Assembly: GCA_002269645.1 (NCBI GenBank)
Contig: NIVC01001104.1
Coordinates: 293,447-357,446 of the forward strand
Origin: Macrostomum lignano
Lineage: Eukaryota
Direction of reading: 5' to 3'
DNA length: 64,000 nt
Shown here piece after piece: positions 60,180 through 64,000 of this stretch (position 1 is its first letter; every line of letters starts with the position of its first letter). The notes under the pieces were generated by a model. The model made no database searches and was not told the DNA's origin. It saw only the letters and a program-made list of their open reading frames with translations. Both the position numbers and the translations under genes were made by a program.

Positions 60180-62790
60180 GATGAGGATCTGGGATGACGG
60201 TGGTGGCCCAGCAACTGAGGATCTGGGAGGCTGGCCCAGCAACTGAGGATCTGGGAGGCTGGCCCAGCAACTGAGGATCTGGGAGGCTGGCCCAGCAACT
60301 GAGGATCTGGGATGACGGTGGTGGCCTAGCAACTGAGGATCTGGGAGGCTGGCCCAGCAACTGAGGATCTGGGATGACGGTGGTGCCCAGCAACTGAGGA
60401 TCTGGGAGGCTGGCCCAGCAACTGAGGATCTGGGAGGCTGGCCCAGCAACTGAGGATCTGGGAGGCTGGCCCAGCAACTGAGGATCTGGGATGACGGTGG
60501 TGGCCTAGCAACTGAGGATCTGGAGGCTGGCCCAGCAACTGAGGATCTGGGATGACGGTGGTGGCCCAGCAACTGAGGATCTGGGAGGCTGGCCCAGCAA
60601 CTGAGGATCTGGGAGGCTGGCCCAGCAACTGAGGATCTGGGATGACGGTGGTGGCCTAGCAACTGAGGATCTGGGAGGCTGGCCCAGCAACTGAGGATCT
60701 GGGAGGCTTGCCCAGCAACTGAGGAGCTGGCGGGTGACCCAGCAACTGAGGACCTGGGAATCTGGCGGTGACCAGCAACTGAGGACCTGGGAAGCTGGCG
60801 GGTGACCCAGCAACTGAGGACCTGGGAATCTGGCGGGTGACCCAGCAACTGAGGACCTGGGAAGCTGGCGGGTGACCCAGCAACTGAGGACCTAGCAGCC
60901 TCCTAGAGTCTTGTACGTGCTAAAAATATGCAAGAATTGGTACCTGTTGTACAGAAAAAAGGCATCAAACCACGTTTGTACATCAATTTAATTAAAGGTG
61001 CCCATAATTTACATTGGACACAAACAAATCATGCAACATCCATGTAAAGAAAAAATGCGACTAAAAGTACAGAACTTTAGTGAAAGACGACTTTTTTTAA
61101 ATATGATCCACAACTTCTAATCTTTCTCCAAAGCCGCAGTTCGGAGACAACCACCATCGAGGCACCTGAAAATAGGTTAAATGGGTTATACATTTACTAA
61201 CGGAAAATAATGTACACGGAATAGAGACCAGTGAGAATAAACACAGACAAACTGAAGAGAAACACAGACAAACTGAAGATAAACACAGAATAACTGAAGA
61301 GAAACACAGACAGACAAACTGAAGAAGAAAACACAAACAGACGAACTTAAAAACACAAAGATAAACAGAGCAGAAAACAAACAAAAAGGTTAAAACTTCA
61401 AAGCACCTCTGCTGAAGCACTAGAGGCAGCGGCAAGCTTCTAACGGCCTTTTCGTAACGCCATCCATATCCGGTCTCGAACCCCGGCCTCTCCATCTCGG
61501 ACACCTTCAACAGCTGCCGTCTGACACACGCACAGCACAGATCGCTTAGGCTGGCCACTCTACGGCAGCGGCAGGTGTCGCAGCTGCTCGGCGATACGCC
61601 GGCCGCGGACAGGGCGGCGTGAAGTCGGTGCAGTTCGTCGCTGTGCCGGCAGTCCTGCAGATCCCAACCTGATGAGAGGCCGCCGCCGTCCCAGCCGTTG
61701 CTAAGCAACCAGGAGAGCAGGCGGCGCACCAGGCAGATTCGAGTCTCGGCCACGCCAGGCCGACCGTCGTCGAGTCGCCTCGGGTGCAGCCGGTGTAGGC
61801 AGCGCAGCGGACCGGCGTCGGACACGCGGTTGCCATGGAAACGGTAGCCTCTAGCAAGTGTGTGGGGGGTTGAATAGGGCGCGAATTGATGGACATTTTA
61901 AGATCTGGAAATTTACCAAGCAAGGGACTAAGCGAGGACAGCAAGGCCTGAGGATCTTGGAGTCTGGCCCAGCAACTGAGGATCTGGGAGGGCGGTGGTG
62001 GCCCAGCAACTGAGGATCTGGGAGGGCGGTGGTGGCCCAGCAACTGAGGATCTGGGAGGGCGGTGGTGGCCCAGCAACTGAGGATCTGGGAGGGCGGTGG
62101 TGGCCCAGCAACTGAGGATCTGGGAGGGCGGTGGTGGCCCAGCAACTGAGGATCTGGAGGGCGGTGGTGGCCCAGCAACTGAGGATCTGGGAGGGCGGTG
62201 GTGGCCCTGCAACTGAGGATCTGGGAGGGCGGTGGTGGCCCAGCAACTGAGGATCTGGGAGGGCGGTGTGGCCCAGCAACTGAGGATCTGGGAGGGCGGT
62301 GGTGGCCCAGCAACTGAGGATCTGGGAGGGCGGTGGTGGCCCAGCAACTGAGGATCTGGGAGGGCGGTGGTGGCCCAGCAACTGAGGATCTGGAGGGCGG
62401 TGGTGGCCCAGCAACTGAGGATCTGGGAGGGCGGTGGTGGCCCAGCAACTGAGGATCTGGGAGGGCGGTGGTGGCCCAGCAACTGAGGATCTGGGAGGGC
62501 GGTGGTGGCCCAGCAACTGAGGATCTGGGAGGGCGGTGGTGGCCCAGCAACTGAGGATCTGGGAGGGCGGTGGTGGCCCAGCAACTGAGGATCTGGGAGG
62601 GCGGTGGTGGCCCAGCAACTGAGGATCTGGGAGGGCGGTGGTGGCCCAGCAACTGAGGATCTGGGAGGGCGGTGGTGGCCCAGCAACTGAGGATCTGGGA
62701 AGGCGGTGGTGGCCCAGCAACTGAAGATCTCGGAGGCTGGCCTAGCAACTGAGGATCTGGGAGGATGGCCCAGCAACTGAGGATCTGGGA
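60180..62790. repeat. Two arrays (60180-60900, 61960-62790) of the GGCCCAGCAACTGAGGATCTGGGAG family, the reverse complement of 11880-12840
   Basis: Shared core CCCAGCAACTGAGGATCTGGGAGG. Confidence 0.9.
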
Positions 62791-63048
62791 AGGAATTACC
62801 TATCGGCAAGGCTCTCCAGCAGTTCCCGACAGTCCAGCCAGGCCAGCCGCTGCCGATGCAGCAACAGCAGTACAAAGCCGGCCAGCGTTGTCGGCTCAGA
62901 CCTGTACACCAGACTGCCGCCCTCCTCCTCCCGAACTCGACACTGGCTAACCTGAAATTGGGACTCCAAGCGAGGCAGCCGAGCAACGGAGATGAAGCAC
63001 TGAGCCAGGCTCAGCATGCCCAGAGACAGCGCAGTCACCAGTGCGCTC
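61117..63048 (-). CDS. SOCS-box-containing protein (possibly ASB-like E3 adaptor). Exons 63048-62800, 61850-61407, 61165-61117; 5' exons (~63105-63430) unresolved
   Basis: SLSDLCCACVRRQL (BC-box-like) followed by VRSLPLPLVLQQRCL (cullin-box-like LPLP..L) near the C-terminus. Phase-2 GT-AG joins at 62800/61850 and 61407/61165. Confidence 0.65.
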
Positions 63049-63469
63049 CTGTCCGACAGCTCAGGCGACACAGTCGGCGGCAACGGCGGCGATTCCCGAG
63101 TCACCGACGCAGTAGGGTCGCAGCCTGCTGCGACAGCAGATCATCTAAAATCAGCGGCGTCGGCGGCACGGAGGCGAGGAGCCGTTCCAGACTACTGCCA
63201 GTAGCATTCTTAGTAGTTGTGTCAAATTTTGAACAAGCCTCTGCGTATGCGGCCAGCACCGCCCAGCGAAGGAAGCCGTGCGATCAAGCGCTCGCCGGAT
63301 GCTCGGCTTTGGGCTTCAGGCAGTCGGCCGGTGAGCAGCATCTGGCTGCCTGCGGCGACCAGCTGCTTCCGCGACAAGCCCGAAGGTGCGAAACGTCGCG
63401 CGATTCCGCCTTGGCAATGCCCGGCTGAAGAGTTTCAAAATCCAGTGGGTAGCTGTTGGATTTGAGACC

Positions 63470-64000
63470 GGAACTGAACCCGATTCCAACCTGGAACTGA
63501 ACCCGATTCCATTCCAACCTGGAACTGAACCCGATTCCAACCTGGAACTGAACCCGATTCCATTCCAACCTGGAACTGAACTCGATTCCATTCCATCATG
63601 GAACTGAACACGATTCCATTCCAACCCGGAACTGAACCCGATTCCATTCCAACCCGGAACTGAACCCGATTCCAACCTGGAATTGAACCCGATTCCATTC
63701 CATCATGGAACTGAACCCGATTCCATTCCATCATGGAACTGAACCCGATTCCATTCCAACCCGGAACTGAACCGCGATTCCAACCTGGAACTGAACCCGA
63801 TTCCATTCCAACCTGGAATTGAACCCGATTCATTCCAACCCGGAACTGAACGATTCCAACCTGGAACTGAACCCGATTCCATTCCAACGCCGGAACTGAA
63901 CCCATTCCAACCCGGAACTGAACCCGATTCCATTCCAACCTGGAACTGAACCCGATTCCATTCCAACCTGGAACTGAACCCGATTCCATTCCAACCTGGA
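63470..64000. repeat. 23/28-bp minisatellite GGAACTGAACCCGATTCC(ATTCC)AACCT, running off the window
   Basis: Direct inspection. Confidence 0.95.

Overview
Eukaryotic (animal) genomic DNA, not prokaryotic. GC-rich spliceosomal exons sit among a very dense set of mini- and microsatellites. The style is most consistent with a lophotrochozoan such as a macrostomid flatworm (inference only). Genes reconstructed by hand from splice sites and reading phase: the first exon of a Rab escort protein (REP/CHM, minus); a 5-exon TK2/dNK-type deoxynucleoside kinase (plus); a 4-exon DEG/ENaC channel (minus, 611 aa); an intronless allatostatin-A/galanin-type GPCR (plus, 444 aa); and four consecutive minus-strand genes (SOCS-box protein, small LIR-motif/coiled-coil protein, TQT-motif protein, 4-EF-hand calmodulin-like protein). 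Nearly all long ORFs in the supplied track are translations of tandem repeats. The most notable observation is DEG/ENaC intron 1. It is almost entirely a tRNA-derived SINE bounded by a target-site-duplication-like direct repeat that supplies both splice sites, making it a candidate SINE-created intron. Also of note: two GC-AG introns, 32-nt mini-introns (one a perfect hairpin), non-canonical DEG/ENaC gating and filter motifs, and RFX X-box sites.
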